DNA of 58,987 nucleotides, the filler included, from Platydemus manokwari (lineage: Eukaryota): NCBI GenBank assembly GCA_037951405.1. It is 4 parts of 4 records of this genome, joined end to end, with 100 filler letters (N's around TTAATTAATTAA, not from the genome) between each part and the next. Parts side by side here need not be neighbours in the genome. Positions count along the whole stretch, not along the records: positions 13,322 to 28,114 come from JBBMOY011392536.1; positions 28,215 to 40,617 come from JBBMOY010154454.1; 2 more parts are not named here. One strand, given 5' to 3'. The translations under genes were made by a program, and so were the position numbers. This document shows positions 25,401 through 38,379 of this stretch, piece after piece; the stretch's first letter is position 1; every line of letters begins with the position of its first letter. The notes beneath the pieces were generated by a model. That model saw only the letters and a program-made list of their open reading frames with translations, did no database searches and was not told the DNA's origin.

Positions 25401-27820
25401 CTGCAGAAGTAAAAATATAATGTTATTGATTTTTATAATTTCTAATAATTCCCAGATTGAGAAATTGCTTGTTACGATTGAAGAATTGCGACGACAACTA
25501 AAGGAGAATTGTGAAATTCTATCGGAAACCGTTGACATGTTACAGAATTCAGAAAACTTTGTCAATCAATTGGAGAAGAAGTTAAATATTGAAACGAAAA
25601 AGACCCAAGTTATTACAAGTGAGATTCGATAATCAATGATTTTCAATTTCAATTTTCAATGCAATATTCAGCTCGAATTGATAAATTAAATGAACTGAAT
25701 GGTAAAGTGATTTTTGAACTTGAACGTATCTTGAAGCAACCTCCATCAATATCAGCCGCTGATATGAGTAGTCAAGAACGATACGATTATCTCTTTGAAT
25801 GTTTAAAGAAGATTGAATCCGAAAACATAAATCTCTTGACGAAAAAAGAAGAATTAGAGGTAGTAATATTTCTCTCTATTCGATGATTGTTATTATTACT
25901 TGATATCTTATTTTTACAGAAATCTTGTTAATTGTCTTAGGTGGGTAAAGATAGATAGATATATTGTCGCATGGTAATTGTGTTGCTTGTGCTTATATGA
26001 TTTCTCTGCATATTTTGTTTTCATGCCAGTCGGTGTATTTTATAATTTATTTGATTTTATTTTGTCATCATTATTGCATTTGGTAATTATATGCATTTGA
26101 GTTTAGATAATGATTTTATAAAACAATTAAATTCACGGGCACCCTCGACTTGCTTGCATACATTAGTTCCTGAAATATATTCGGATAAATGTTAAAAAGT
26201 GATTTTGAAAATATTTATTTTTTAAGCAAATGAATAAATAAATAAATGAAAAACGATGCTTCGTTGATTGATATTTAGCGTGTTATAAACTTACTGAGAT
26301 TGTTGAGATGTATTCTTATTTTCTTGGTAAAGAGTTATAGACTACACTTTCTTTTTACAATATAATAGTACTTAAGACTTACGATCTCTGTTAATATTAC
26401 ATTTTCCCGAAATTTATTAAGAATTCATGAACTACATTCGAAATATTGAATTGTACGTAAGTCGAGAATAGCAAATATTTTATTATATTTTTAATATATT
26501 ATTATTAATTCAATTCTATCATAATTATATTAACATATTTGTTACTTATTCTCGAATTGAGTGATTGTTAAATGTGTTCTTTTGTATTTGTTGTGTATTA
26601 TTTTCGTGTTTTAATGGAAAAATAATGAAATACATATTTATCGATATTTAATCTCCGTTGATGGAATTTAATATTTTCATATTCTTGGTAATCACATAAT
26701 TGGTTTTATTTTTATAATTTTTCTATCAGCTTGTATAATATATATATATATGATTATAAGAGTTATAAAGGATTGCTGATTGAAATATTAACAATCAAAA
26801 AGGATTATACCATATCTGATATACAGCTTGCGTAATCATTATAATGTATGAACCTGAATCGGGAATTTCATAAACCGCTAAAATGGATTTTCGAATCCGC
26901 ATCAACTTTTCCTCATTTTTGTTATAAATTTATCGACAGACAATGAACCATAAATTTTATTGCACTTTAGTTCTTTATTAGCAAATCCCTCATAATGTTT
27001 AAGGCACAAACCATGAAAATTGTAAATCTCAAATAAATTTTTAAGTCAATTTTGTGTTTAAATTGAAAATATGTTTATAATATGAAATTTTATTTTTGGT
27101 TTACATTGATTTTGTAATACACCTGTATTCTTAAATTTAACTTTATTTATTATAAACAATATAGTATCATAATTTTTATGTAGCTTTTTATTATTTTGAG
27201 TATTTTCGATGTTATGATTGATATTTTTACAGAAAGAACTGGCATTCATCAAATCGAATAACACATATAACTTTCTTGGACCTATTTTGGGTGGACCTAT
27301 CGATTTTGAATTTGAGACTTCACTTATGCCTAATGGTGCCATTGAAGGTACTATTAATATGCTGAATAACGAAGATGTGACTAAAACTCTTTCATTAACT
27401 TTTGATGTTAAAATGACCAGAGATGACACATTTTCCTTACAAAACAAAGATTCAAAAACTTTGGCTCACTTTCTGATTGAACAAGAACCTCATTATTCAC
27501 AAATTAAGACATCTCATTCTTTGACATCTCATCAAATGAAAGAAAATATTTCCAGCAACAACAACAATTGTCATTTTGATTCACTTTCTTCTATTTCTCC
27601 GTCTTTTATTTGTACATTTTCATTTTACAATTCATTTAAAAATATTAACATATTATCTGTTGATCTTATCATAAGAAATTCATCTAAACGTCGTAGAAAT
27701 TACATTCGAAAAAACCTATCTCGCTCGGAAATCATCAAAAATACTAAAACTCAAAAACCTTTGTATTGTACTCTTTTGAAAATGATTGTTGGTAAAAGGA
27801 ATAAAAGAAGCACATTTTAA
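13413..27820 (+). CDS. Giant coiled-coil protein (~3564 aa), spliced; exons 13413-13451, 13512-13658, 14974-24165, 24985-25161, 25208-25408, 25456-25618, 25672-25859, 27233-27820. May be 5'-incomplete because an assembly gap lies just upstream
   Basis: All junctions are GT..AG and phase-compatible: ttcag|ATGCTC..ACTACG|gtaatc; attag|ATTCCA..ACAGAA|gtttgt; catag|GTTCAT..GCAGCC|gttagt; ttcag|GTGGAT..GGAAAA|gttaat; tttag|ATGACT..GCAGAA|gtaaaa; cccag|ATTGAG..ACAA|gtgaga; ttcag|CTCGA..TTAGAG|gtagta; tacag|AAAGAA..TAA. The product is rich in E/K/L/Q/N heptads. No family recognised. Confidence 0.8.
14575..14686. repeat. Intronic minisatellite, 36-bp unit x3
   Basis: CATGTATGGATCTGTTGAATCGAAATGAGTATAAAA at 14575 (diverged), 14611 and 14647, head to tail with no spacers. 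Confidence 0.92.
14974..24165 (+). CDS. 9,192-nt internal exon (3064 codons) of the giant coiled-coil gene
   Basis: Uninterrupted ORF 14983-24201 in the track, acceptor ag at 14972-14973 and donor gttagt at 24166, both phase 0. An open frame of this length cannot be chance in AT-rich DNA. Confidence 0.93.
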
Positions 27821-28114
27821 TCAACCATGGAATATTTTTATAGAAATATTTAGAGAATTATCAGATGGTAAATTATGTTTATTTTTGAGATAAATAAATT
27901 ACATCATTCTTATGCTAACAGGGGACCGTTATTTTGGCTTATAAATCATTTCATTAACCCTATCGATTGCTTATCTCATGTAATAAATATTACTTTTTAT
28001 TTTTAATAAAAATTATTATATCATTTGTAATGGCATAATATTAGTGATGGGATTCATTTTAGGTATGAGATATAATATGTAGGTCTATTACTCTCATAAC
28101 ATATCAAGCATGAT

Positions 28115-28214
28115 NNNNNNNNNNNNNNNNNNNNNNNNNNNNNNNNNNNNNNNNNNNNTTAATTAATTAANNNNNNNNNNNNNNNNNNNNNNNNNNNNNN
28201 NNNNNNNNNNNNNN
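28115..28214. other. Assembly spacer (N44-TTAATTAATTAA-N44)
   Basis: Same artificial 100-bp structure. Confidence 0.97.
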
Positions 28215-29507
28215 GATGGAAATTCCTAGGTACAAAGTACCGAATCTCAGCATCTATATAAGCTGATGGATTTCCATCACAATTCACTCTTTGGAATCTC
28301 GACGAACTAGTAGGGAATCAAAACATAAATCGTTTAAACTGCGAAAGAAAATTTGAACGGAAATAAACTTCTTATCTGATAAAGAAACGAAAGTAAATAA
28401 GTAGACATTTTATTTAAGTAAATAGGGTAATTATAACAGCACTCTAAAGGATCCCCTTTGGAGATATTTAATATTCTATCTAAAAATCTATATTAAACTT
28501 GTAAGGTGAAATAGAGGTTTTCACGTTCTCTGTGAGACAACCATATCTAATTGTTTTATCTAATTTTTCTGTGTGAGCTAATAGTTTGAAGAAATTTGTG
28601 TAATTCAGTGTTTTATAATTAATAAAGTTTTTAACGAGTTTGCGTGTTGATTATTTATTCATTAACTCAAACTTATTTGAAGAGAAACTCACGCTGTTGA
28701 GTTGGTCAAAGAACTTTAAACAACATACACAACCCAACAACTGGATTTGGCTGAATTGATTAAATTGATACAGTTTGGGTTTTAATTTTCCGAATCCTCA
28801 ACATTTATAACAAATTTAATATTTTGAATGATGAATATTTTCTCTTTAATAATTGACTTTAATAAATTTTTGACTTGGATCTAGTTTAATCAATAAATAA
28901 ATCATATATTTAACTAAGCAAGCATATCGCGGTATGAAATCACTATAAATATGGCTTTGGTTCACCATCTCGAAACGGTTTTCCTTATACATAAACTTAT
29001 CCAAGTGGTTATAAGTCGTTAAACACTAGTTTTATAGTATAACATAGTTCTAAACTGGTTGGATTTCTTTAACTTTTTATTGTTTTTATTTAATAAGCAG
29101 GTTTTTAATCGATCTACTCGGTTATTGATCATGTAATAGAGATAAAAATCACTTTTGATATAAAAGATTATTGACTGGCGGGTCGTCACCTTTTTGTGTC
29201 AATGAATTTCATAAAAGAGACTGATATAATGAATTTGTGTACAATCATAGTAAAAGACATATGTCAAATCGTGACAAATTTGAAAGTAGGATTTAAAATA
29301 AAATCGATGCTTAAAACTATCTTACACCGTTTACCTTGTCTTCATACAAAAATTTAGACTCTCGGGGCCAAGAAATATAAGAAGGTTAAATTATTACCTA
29401 TATGTCGTTAAGGACTTCGAGACACTGATTTAAGTAGTACATAATGACAACCAAAGGATTACTTAATACAATAATTTCAACTATATACCCAGACAGTTGA
29501 GCATTTA

Positions 29508-29509
<2 letters not shown>

Positions 29510-29572
<63 letters not shown>
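29510..29572. repeat. (TTA)21 microsatellite
   Basis: Perfect trinucleotide run; accounts for the poly-Leu ORF in the track. Confidence 0.97.
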
Positions 29573-29573
<1 letters not shown>

Positions 29574-30977
29574 GTTTTTCATCGTTAAAATTTAATATTA
29601 AATGCAGTATTCATCCAATCATCTCTCAATTAGCTTTTCTCAGTAATAGGAATTTTAAAGTACTTGGATTTTGCTTACGGGTGCCTGTCCAAGAACTGAG
29701 TCAATAAAGAAGTTTCTTAGCTTGATATTAAGCGATATTCCAGAGAAAATAATATGAATGCAGTTAAGCATTCGATAGAATTACTTATTTTATTAGATCA
29801 ACTTTGTTTGCAAGTGTTACTTCGAAAATACATTTTCACCGTAGTTTTATTCCTTTTTCTTTAAAATTCCAACTTTTTAATAAAATTTAATTTAAACTTA
29901 TACAATATAAAATATCATTTAAAATACTTAAATTAAATTACTCTCTTTTCGTATACTTTACTTAGTAGTGGGCAATTTTTCAATCAATAATAAACAAATA
30001 TAACATTTAAAATATTCTAACTTGTTTAAATAATATAAAGGTCAATTGACATGTTGGTATTATATTTTTATATCTACATGATTATAAAAATTATGTTATC
30101 ATAACTACTTAAAACAAAAAGAATCGGTGCTTAAAGACCTAGAACCAGTCAGAATTTAAAAATGTCCATCGAAAGTCAATTATCGTAATTGTGATTACTA
30201 CTTACACTTAAAACATAGGATTTAGCAATTTGAATTTGGTATTATTACTGAACATAATTTGAATTGCTAAAATTTTTAATTAGTTTTGACAAAAATAGAT
30301 TTTAATGTAACATTTTAATACAAAAAATTGTATCTATAAAAATAGAATCAATTGCCAAAGGTTCTCAAATTAGGAAATTGTGATATTAACAAATTTGTAA
30401 ATATTAATTTAATTAATTATTATTAAATGTATGTATTTAATCAGATAAACAATATTAACAAAGTTTCTAACTTATTTTACTTTGTAAAGATAATGATTTT
30501 TATATTTATAATTTAATTCGATACCTATTTAGTTGTACCGGGCACCATACGTGGTTTAGTCTTGCTGGTATCATCTAGTCATATTGGTATACAGCTTGAT
30601 TTTGAATAAACAATATGAATAACATGCGATGAACAGTTTAAATGTGCTTGGCACTTATCACTCATTTTTATTGTGATGATTGATAACTTAATTATTACGC
30701 ATTATAAAAGCAAAAAATATTATTTAAATAAAAATATAAATGTAAAAAATTGGATGATTATACATATTTATCATTTTGCATACACATTTATCGAATTTTT
30801 CTACATAAAGTTGAGCTTTGATCCAACAGAAGATCATCAAATTTTTGTTGTTCCAAATATTGATTTGGAAGGTAACTGTTTTCAATGCAGCATGGTGGTA
30901 ACCAACCAGTAGAACCCAAACAATCTTGAGTCAGATTGATCGGATCATGATTAAGAGGCTTATCCTAAAACGTATCA

Positions 30978-32152
30978 TTATGAATTATAGAAAATTTTCC
31001 ACAAATTTACTTTCAAAAATTCTGTTCTCTGACAAGGATCAAACCAGCTCCAATGACAATGTCTCAAAGAAGATTGAGTCATTTGAAAATATTTATGCCA
31101 ATCAACATGGGGTCGGTTGTTGAGTGAGATATTATAGACTAAATCAATTTCCGAATCTGACAATTCAGTTTTCCTTTCGTTTGATGACATATTTTCCTTA
31201 TTATAACGAAATCTTGAGATGTTTGAATCTTCTGGACAAAATGGCAAAATTCCAGAAAAACCCGTTAACCAGTTGAAATATTTAGGAGTATTGGATGATG
31301 AAACTGCTCTCAGTGCCGCTGTCATAGCAACAAATGCACTGGCCGTGTTTTCTAATTGGTCAGTTATCAAAGTACAGCTTGTAGACGAATGTTGCAAATT
31401 CTGTAGTAAGCCGATGAAATCGAATTTATAAGCGTATCTTTTCCCGTGAATCTTCAAGAATAACGTAAAAATTCAATCAAATATAACATTTTTTTTATAA
31501 TTTTGATATTTATTATTATATTTATATTTGTATTATTATATAATTAATTTTTATTTACAATAATTTTGTTTAAATTTGATAACAGTTAATATATAATTAT
31601 TATAATATAGTTACTTTTGTCAATATATTTTTGTCATAATAATAACGCAATGCACGACTTAATTTGTCATAATTCATATTAGGTTTGCTCTTTCTTTCTC
31701 CCCATTTCTTCGCCAGACCTTCTGGATCTATAATTTTGAAACTGCCATTGGTATTCTCCCAGGATATCAAAGCACAATAATTGTAGTCCGAAAGTAATTC
31801 TAAAAGAAATTGCCATAATTGAATTTGTCCAGTTCCTGCTCGAATTTATGAGATTATTTATTATGATTTTTTAAAAATTCGCATTACCAGATGAGCACAA
31901 TTTTTTCGATAAAGAAATTAATAAATTATGTGGAACGGAATCTAGAAAAAATAAATGAAGTTTTAACATTCATAGAAAAGTTCCAAAAATAATTTCCATA
32001 GTCGCTGATTAAATTTACAAGTAGATAATGATTATATAATTTAATCTTACTGATATATTATCATTCAACAATCGAGAAAGAAATTTGTCTTGACATAACT
32101 TTGTCAAATAATTCAAAGATGTCTTACCTTGATCTTCTTTACTTAACTCCAT
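30978..32152 (-). CDS. ETS-domain transcription factor of the ERG/FLI1/FEV(Pet-1) subfamily, ~257 aa, no PNT domain; exons (minus) 32152-32128, 31941-31888, 31835-31615, 31451-30978
   Basis: Spliced translation [112 protein letters not shown] matches the ERG/FLI1/FEV ETS signature. Splice sites are canonical and phases agree. The first exon is less certain; an in-frame TAA lies two codons upstream of the ATG. Confidence 0.92.
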
Positions 32153-35100
32153 CGTTTATCCAATGTTCTAAGATGCATACTGAAAAATTTCCTCATGGAT
32201 TTACAATTTATACGAAATTAATGGAATTGCAGAAACGTCGAAATGATAAATTTCGATACCATTGGTTGATTGCTTGTATAGCTCGAGGTATCCAAACAAT
32301 GCTTGATTCAATTTCAAATAATTAGCCTCTATAAACAGTTGCTCAAATTATTAATTCAGTATCAGCGGATACTAGCAGTTCCTTGGAGATGCAGTTATGC
32401 GCTGGCAGCTGTTACTATTGATGCTAAATCAACCAGACTAATTTAAAGAACCAGAGATACATTTGATTTTTTCCTTGGCCAAGTGTGATTAGAATAATTT
32501 TACAATTAAATCAATTCCATGCCGATCCAATGGACATTGCAATGTGATGATTTGATTGAACAATCGTGTTGGCGAGAGAATTAACACTAGCGCCGTCAAC
32601 AGATATCCAATTATCCATAACCGACAAACTTTTTGAACTGAATACTTTTCGATGGTAGATCGTTTAACACTGAATTACACTATCACTTGCCCCTGGTGAC
32701 ACTAGGTTCAGTTTTTGTATTCAATTAATGCAATCAAGCCAGACATTGTTCATTCGACTGGTTTTTCTTTCCGAACTATTTCTAATGAGGTGTCCGAGTT
32801 CATCAATGACCTTTAATAAACGACTAATGTGTTCAAATTAGTTTATCTTTCCAAATCAATGGCTTTTGTACATAGATTTAGCAGAAAATTTTGCGGAAAT
32901 CTCTGAGGAATATGGATTTTATGAGATGCTGATCTCGGATTAGTGCACGGATTCACTAATTTTTTAAGCATAATAATTAACCAATAAGGATATTAAAAAA
33001 AAATTTTCCCGGCTTTTTTTGTAAAGAAATTTCTAAGCATATCAAAGATTTTTTTTATGATACTTTGAAAATTTGAAATCCATTTATACCATGTTTTTCC
33101 AAGGATAAGATTCAATTCATAAATTCATATTTTCAAGTTTTGCATTCTGTTTTTATAACGATATCAATACGGATTATAAAAATTCAATGAGTTAATTGAT
33201 TACAAAATAATGACAAACGATTGATCTCAAAATCACGGTATCTCATTCTTCAATTCATAGAGCTTCTATAATTTGTTAATTTTTTGTTTTATCAAATAGA
33301 ATGACGATTAAATATCGAACAGTCATTGCACAAATTTTATCATTAAATTCTTCTGGATTATTTATCTGGATTGTTTATCAAAATTACTGCTGTAATTCGT
33401 TGTTAATTTTTACCATTTTTTTCAAAAGAATCAATAACTGATCTCAAAATATTTATTTCAATTTTTGTTCAATCCTGACGTTTCGAACTACTTGACCAGT
33501 TTAATCAAATTGCCAGTTGTCACAGACGTTCCCGAATATTATTGAGAAATAATTATCTTAATTGACTTGTTTAATGATTTAGCTTTTTTATCTATTTTGG
33601 TTGAATAACAATAACGATTGATGCTTAAATCATTAGTAGTTTTGATAATTGTTATTGTCAATATTTATTCGAATATCTGGATAACATGAATATCCAGGAT
33701 CTTGGTGGGTTATTTGCATGGTTTTGCCATTAATATATCAACTGTCATCATAATTGATATATCATGTTTGGAGTACTGTTTCTATAATCTAGTAATCACA
33801 GTCATCAATGATGACTTGTATGTTCTGTCGAAGGCAGTTGCAGATTCGGATATATGCTCACTGGACATTTGTTACTAGCTCTCACATTCAGAAGATTTTA
33901 ATTGCATTAAGTCATGTGACTGATTTTTTACATTAGTATAGCTGTTTAAATTTAGTGATATTTTAAGTCATTTATGAATAAATAATCTGGACTCATCAAT
34001 TGCTATTCATATCAGACAAACTGGAACAATTAGATAAAAATAGGACAATTTAAAAAAAAGAATCTATAAATGAAGAAATGTTTTCTTAAAATTTAAAAAA
34101 TGTGGAGTCATTTGATCATTTCAGTGAAGGTCTCTAAACTAACCTTCCATATATTTACAAGCTAATATTTTCAATTGAAAGACAGAGAGCAGTCGATGTT
34201 CTAGAGCACTCTCCTGAGAAAACTTAATTTAAGACGTATTGAGTTATTCGCGACTTTTACCAACGATATGTTCATCCTGGTTTCATCAGATCTATGCAAA
34301 TCAAGCGAATTCATTCTTGATCTAATGACAATCACAGTCAATAAAATTGTGAACAAGCTCAAATCACTTGGAAACTACACTCCAGATCTAGACAATGTGA
34401 ATTATTGATATCTTATGATTAACTTCTGCTATTGATTGCTTACTCAACTCAACAAAACCAAAAAGGTGATGTAATGGCAATGATAATGACGGAATTTTAA
34501 ATATGATTCCAATACGATAAGAGAATAAGTTGTTCGTAAATAATAAACATTTATTTTTACTAATACTGAGGCAGAACTAACAATAAAAATTACAATTATA
34601 AGACAAACATAAAATTGTTGTTTTAGCAATACTTTCATTCACTTAAAAGCTGAACAATTCCTATTAATTTTCGGAAAAGTTTCAATAATAAACTATCTCT
34701 ACATCGGAGTAAAAATGGACCTGACTCAATATAAAAAATATAAATACTAATATATGATTTTATAAATACAGCATCTTAATATTGGATCTTTCAGTAGAAT
34801 ATTGGGCGTATACATATTCCAAAACTCCATTGCAAAAATTTTTCTCTGGTGATTAGTAATGACTATGTTAGGCTAGTATCATATCCTCTCTGTTATAAAA
34901 CTATCCTAAAACTATCCTATATTGTAGCAATGATGCAATAATTGTGATTGTTGTCTTCAATAGGTATCGATGAGTTACTCGTAGAAATTATCTACGATTA
35001 TTTGCTGCATTTTTAATGTGACAAAGAAAAATTCTCTGCAATGAAATTTAATTCATGCATATTTTAATCTATGATTAAATTAATTCACCGATTTATTTAC

Positions 35101-38100
35101 GAGAGAATGAATAACAATTTATTTATCAATGTTATTGCGCAATCATATGTAACGAGGTATTTTCTATTAATATTTTATGAGTAAATTTAATGAGGGAAAT
35201 TTTTAATGGGCTTTTTCAAATATTATTTATATATTAATTTTGGTAAATATTACATATAATTTTAATAAACTGGCTTTACTACCATCTAGCAAGAATTTAT
35301 ATTGTTGACACATAATAATAAATACAAGTCATATTCAGGATTATATATTAAATTGCTATATCATTAGATAGCAGATCATTAGAAATTTTTTGTCACATAA
35401 CAATGTCAAAATTCTAACAAAATTATTGCGGGCATTTTTAATGGGTAATAGTGGACAATTTAATGTGCTGTTGTAGGCGACAATGAGCGAAATGGAGTGA
35501 AGAGATTTGAGAGTCGAATTCTTGAATGGTGCTTTTGAGAAGCATTAGTACACAAAAAATCCAGTCGCCATTGCCTGGATTGATATTAATAGCAAATATC
35601 CAAGATTGAATGCTCAAAATAATGGGAAAAAAGAGACACTGAAGATTTGATTGGTATAATTAAAGTCATTTACTCATTCATTACCACTTATCGCATTGCG
35701 GAAGGCAGTGTGCAAACTTTGACCTGGCATCTGTCATTGTCAATCATCATCAAATTGGTGTGGTAATCAAAATGTTTGAGTGGTCAGATTTACAAGTAAT
35801 TCATAAAAAAACTGCTCTTTTCAGCATTGCAAATACAGAAAACAGTTAAATCACTTTTATCTTACATGAACTCTTAAGGTATGTGACGTAACAGAAGATC
35901 ATCAACAAAAGATCATCATCTCATTGACTCCACAAATAAATCCTGGTAAAAAATCCTTATCTGACAGATTATTGAAATCTTTATTTTTCACAAACATGAA
36001 AACCCACTTGACAACCCAACTTCTAACTTTATGATATGTGATTCTCTAATACTCCTTAAATTCCTCGCATTCATTGCCGTTATAAATAATTGCTGAGGTC
36101 TTCGATAAACATAATTCTTAATGCATATACTTTCTTTTTATTACATCAAAAATTTATCTCCAAATTTGCACTCTAAGCTTTTGATGATTCATTTAGCCAC
36201 AGAAAAATGCAAGGTCTTGGCTTTTAAATGTTATTTTATGATGTGAATATTTACTCCGGTCGAGATTGTTTTTGTGCACTGTTTTGGACTCTCATTTACA
36301 AAAGGACTTTTTTAACATAATTCTAAATAATTAATTAGAATTGTTGCAGTGTGGTATGAGTTTTGGTTTATTCAGTTGTGTTGTGTAGAGACGAAATCTT
36401 ACAAAAGAAAAACGGTTTTGCACTTTGTAACTCTTATTTTAACACTTTAAGCACTTACAAGCTTACCGAAAACTGCAGGCATAGCAATCAAACAATTACA
36501 AATGATTTAAATGGAAAATTCTAACTAGAAAAATGAACATAACCACCCAATAACATTGAATAACTGATTATAAAAAATCAAAAAATCCAATTGTAACTTA
36601 AAAATAAAAGATCAAAACGTAATACAAATAATTCCACAAAAATCACAAGTATAAATAGCGATGTAAAGACGCCCGACTGCTAGTTTGTAACCAAGTTTTA
36701 TGTGTTGGTTATTGTTGTTTGAAGTTTTTTGTTGAGTTTTAGAGTTATTATGATGGATACGTACTGATTATTTTGATTATTTTGAACCCCGGCAGTTGAC
36801 TATACAAAGTAAAAAATTGTTATAGCTTCAATATCGTTTAATAAATCGTTATGTACACTATTGACCTGATGAGGTCCACCTCTCAGCAATACCATCAATT
36901 ATGTTGCTTGCATTACAGAAGGTCGAATTCAGTTTTCACGGTGCTCAATCTATTTGCAATTAAAAAGACCGCGGAACCAACTTTTCAGAATAGCTCACAA
37001 GGTCAAATAGCTTCGACAGTCCAAACCAATGTTTTCAACAAACTGACTCCCCAATTTCAATAATATTTATCCTGATTATTAAAACTTTGACTCGACACAA
37101 ATATTATATAATGATGTGCGTTAATCCAATTTATTTATTTCCTCTTTTCTTTCAGACTTGACCAGAGCCAATAATAAAATGGATCATTTAATATCCTATT
37201 CTGATACCACGATGTGGCTATACAATTATTTTACTATATTTTTTGATTTTCATCGAAAATGCATTCTGTTATTGAATATTATATCTTATCTTATTATCGA
37301 TTACAAATTATTATTTTATAAAAACTCATTATTTTATAAAATTATTATTTTTGTGCTGCAAATGGAGATTGAATTTTAGTTTCGGAATCGATTTGAAGAA
37401 ACTAACAATAACGAAACTTTTTCATAAAAACACAATTTTCTCCAATATAATTTCTGGCTATAATTAAGAAAAGGGGTACTAAAATAGAATTTTGAAATTT
37501 AGTGTGTGTATTGCGAAAATCTATATATTATTTAATTATTTATTTAGTTGTTTATTTATTATTTAATTATTTATTTAATTATATTCTTTAAAGACATTTT
37601 GAATTTTGTTATTTAAGCACTTAAGAAGAGTTTTAGTTGTTTGATATCAAATATTAAATACACTTGAGCTTCAAAATCTCCTAAAATTTGATTATTTTAA
37701 AAGGGATCAAAGTAGGTCTTGTTGTAATTTTTTTTAGGAACTTAGTTTTAAAACTATAGTTTGTCCCTAATCCTAACTTTATGTGAATAAATCCTAAAAA
37801 TGTGAGATATTAAAATTAAGTTATAAAATTATCTCATGCACTAAAATTCTTAAATTAAGCAGATTTTTGTTCTTTCTGCTAAATGGAGATCAACTATAGT
37901 TTATATCCAGTCGGTCGACTTGAGTTCATAATAAGTAATTTCAAAAAGTGAAACTAAATTGTCTTAACTATAATTGAATTATTTTCCATCATTGAAACTT
38001 ATTTTTAACAAGGTAATATTTTATTTATATTATTCTTATTGATAATAATTAAGGATATGTTCACTAAGTCCATTATTACCATTTTTATCATTTTTCTATT

Positions 38101-38379
38101 TGTCACCGATCAATAATAATTTTTTAAATTTGAATTAAGTTGGTTATACTGTATGTGTATGGGTTGAATATAGAATTTATGCAATCTAATTTGGTAGATT
38201 AAGATCTCTGAAAAATTAAGGGCTTAGATGTTGGTAAGAAAATCTGCGAAATCAGAACCTATCCTGATTCAAGGTGATTTTCAAAGTTAAAATTTCCCGA
38301 CTTCCTTCTTCGACTGAGAATTGGTCATTAAGTATTCAAACGCTTATTATAATTGGTTGGTTATAGTTATTGTTTAACT

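Noticed and set aside
29507-29707. Poly-Leu signal-peptide ORF
   Set aside because: Translation of the (TTA)21 microsatellite.
33800-33925. Box C/D snoRNA (ATGATGA..CTGA)
   Set aside because: The C box is part of a local palindrome (AGTCATCA-A-TGATGACT); no terminal stem and no host on that strand.
35400-36300. Mutator-like transposase remnant
   Set aside because: Only vague resemblance; no convincing catalytic or CxxH motif could be read.
36866-36890. Hammerhead core CTGATGAG (also at ~15761, ~34284 minus, ~39568)
   Set aside because: No stem II followed by GAAA and a cleavage triplet.
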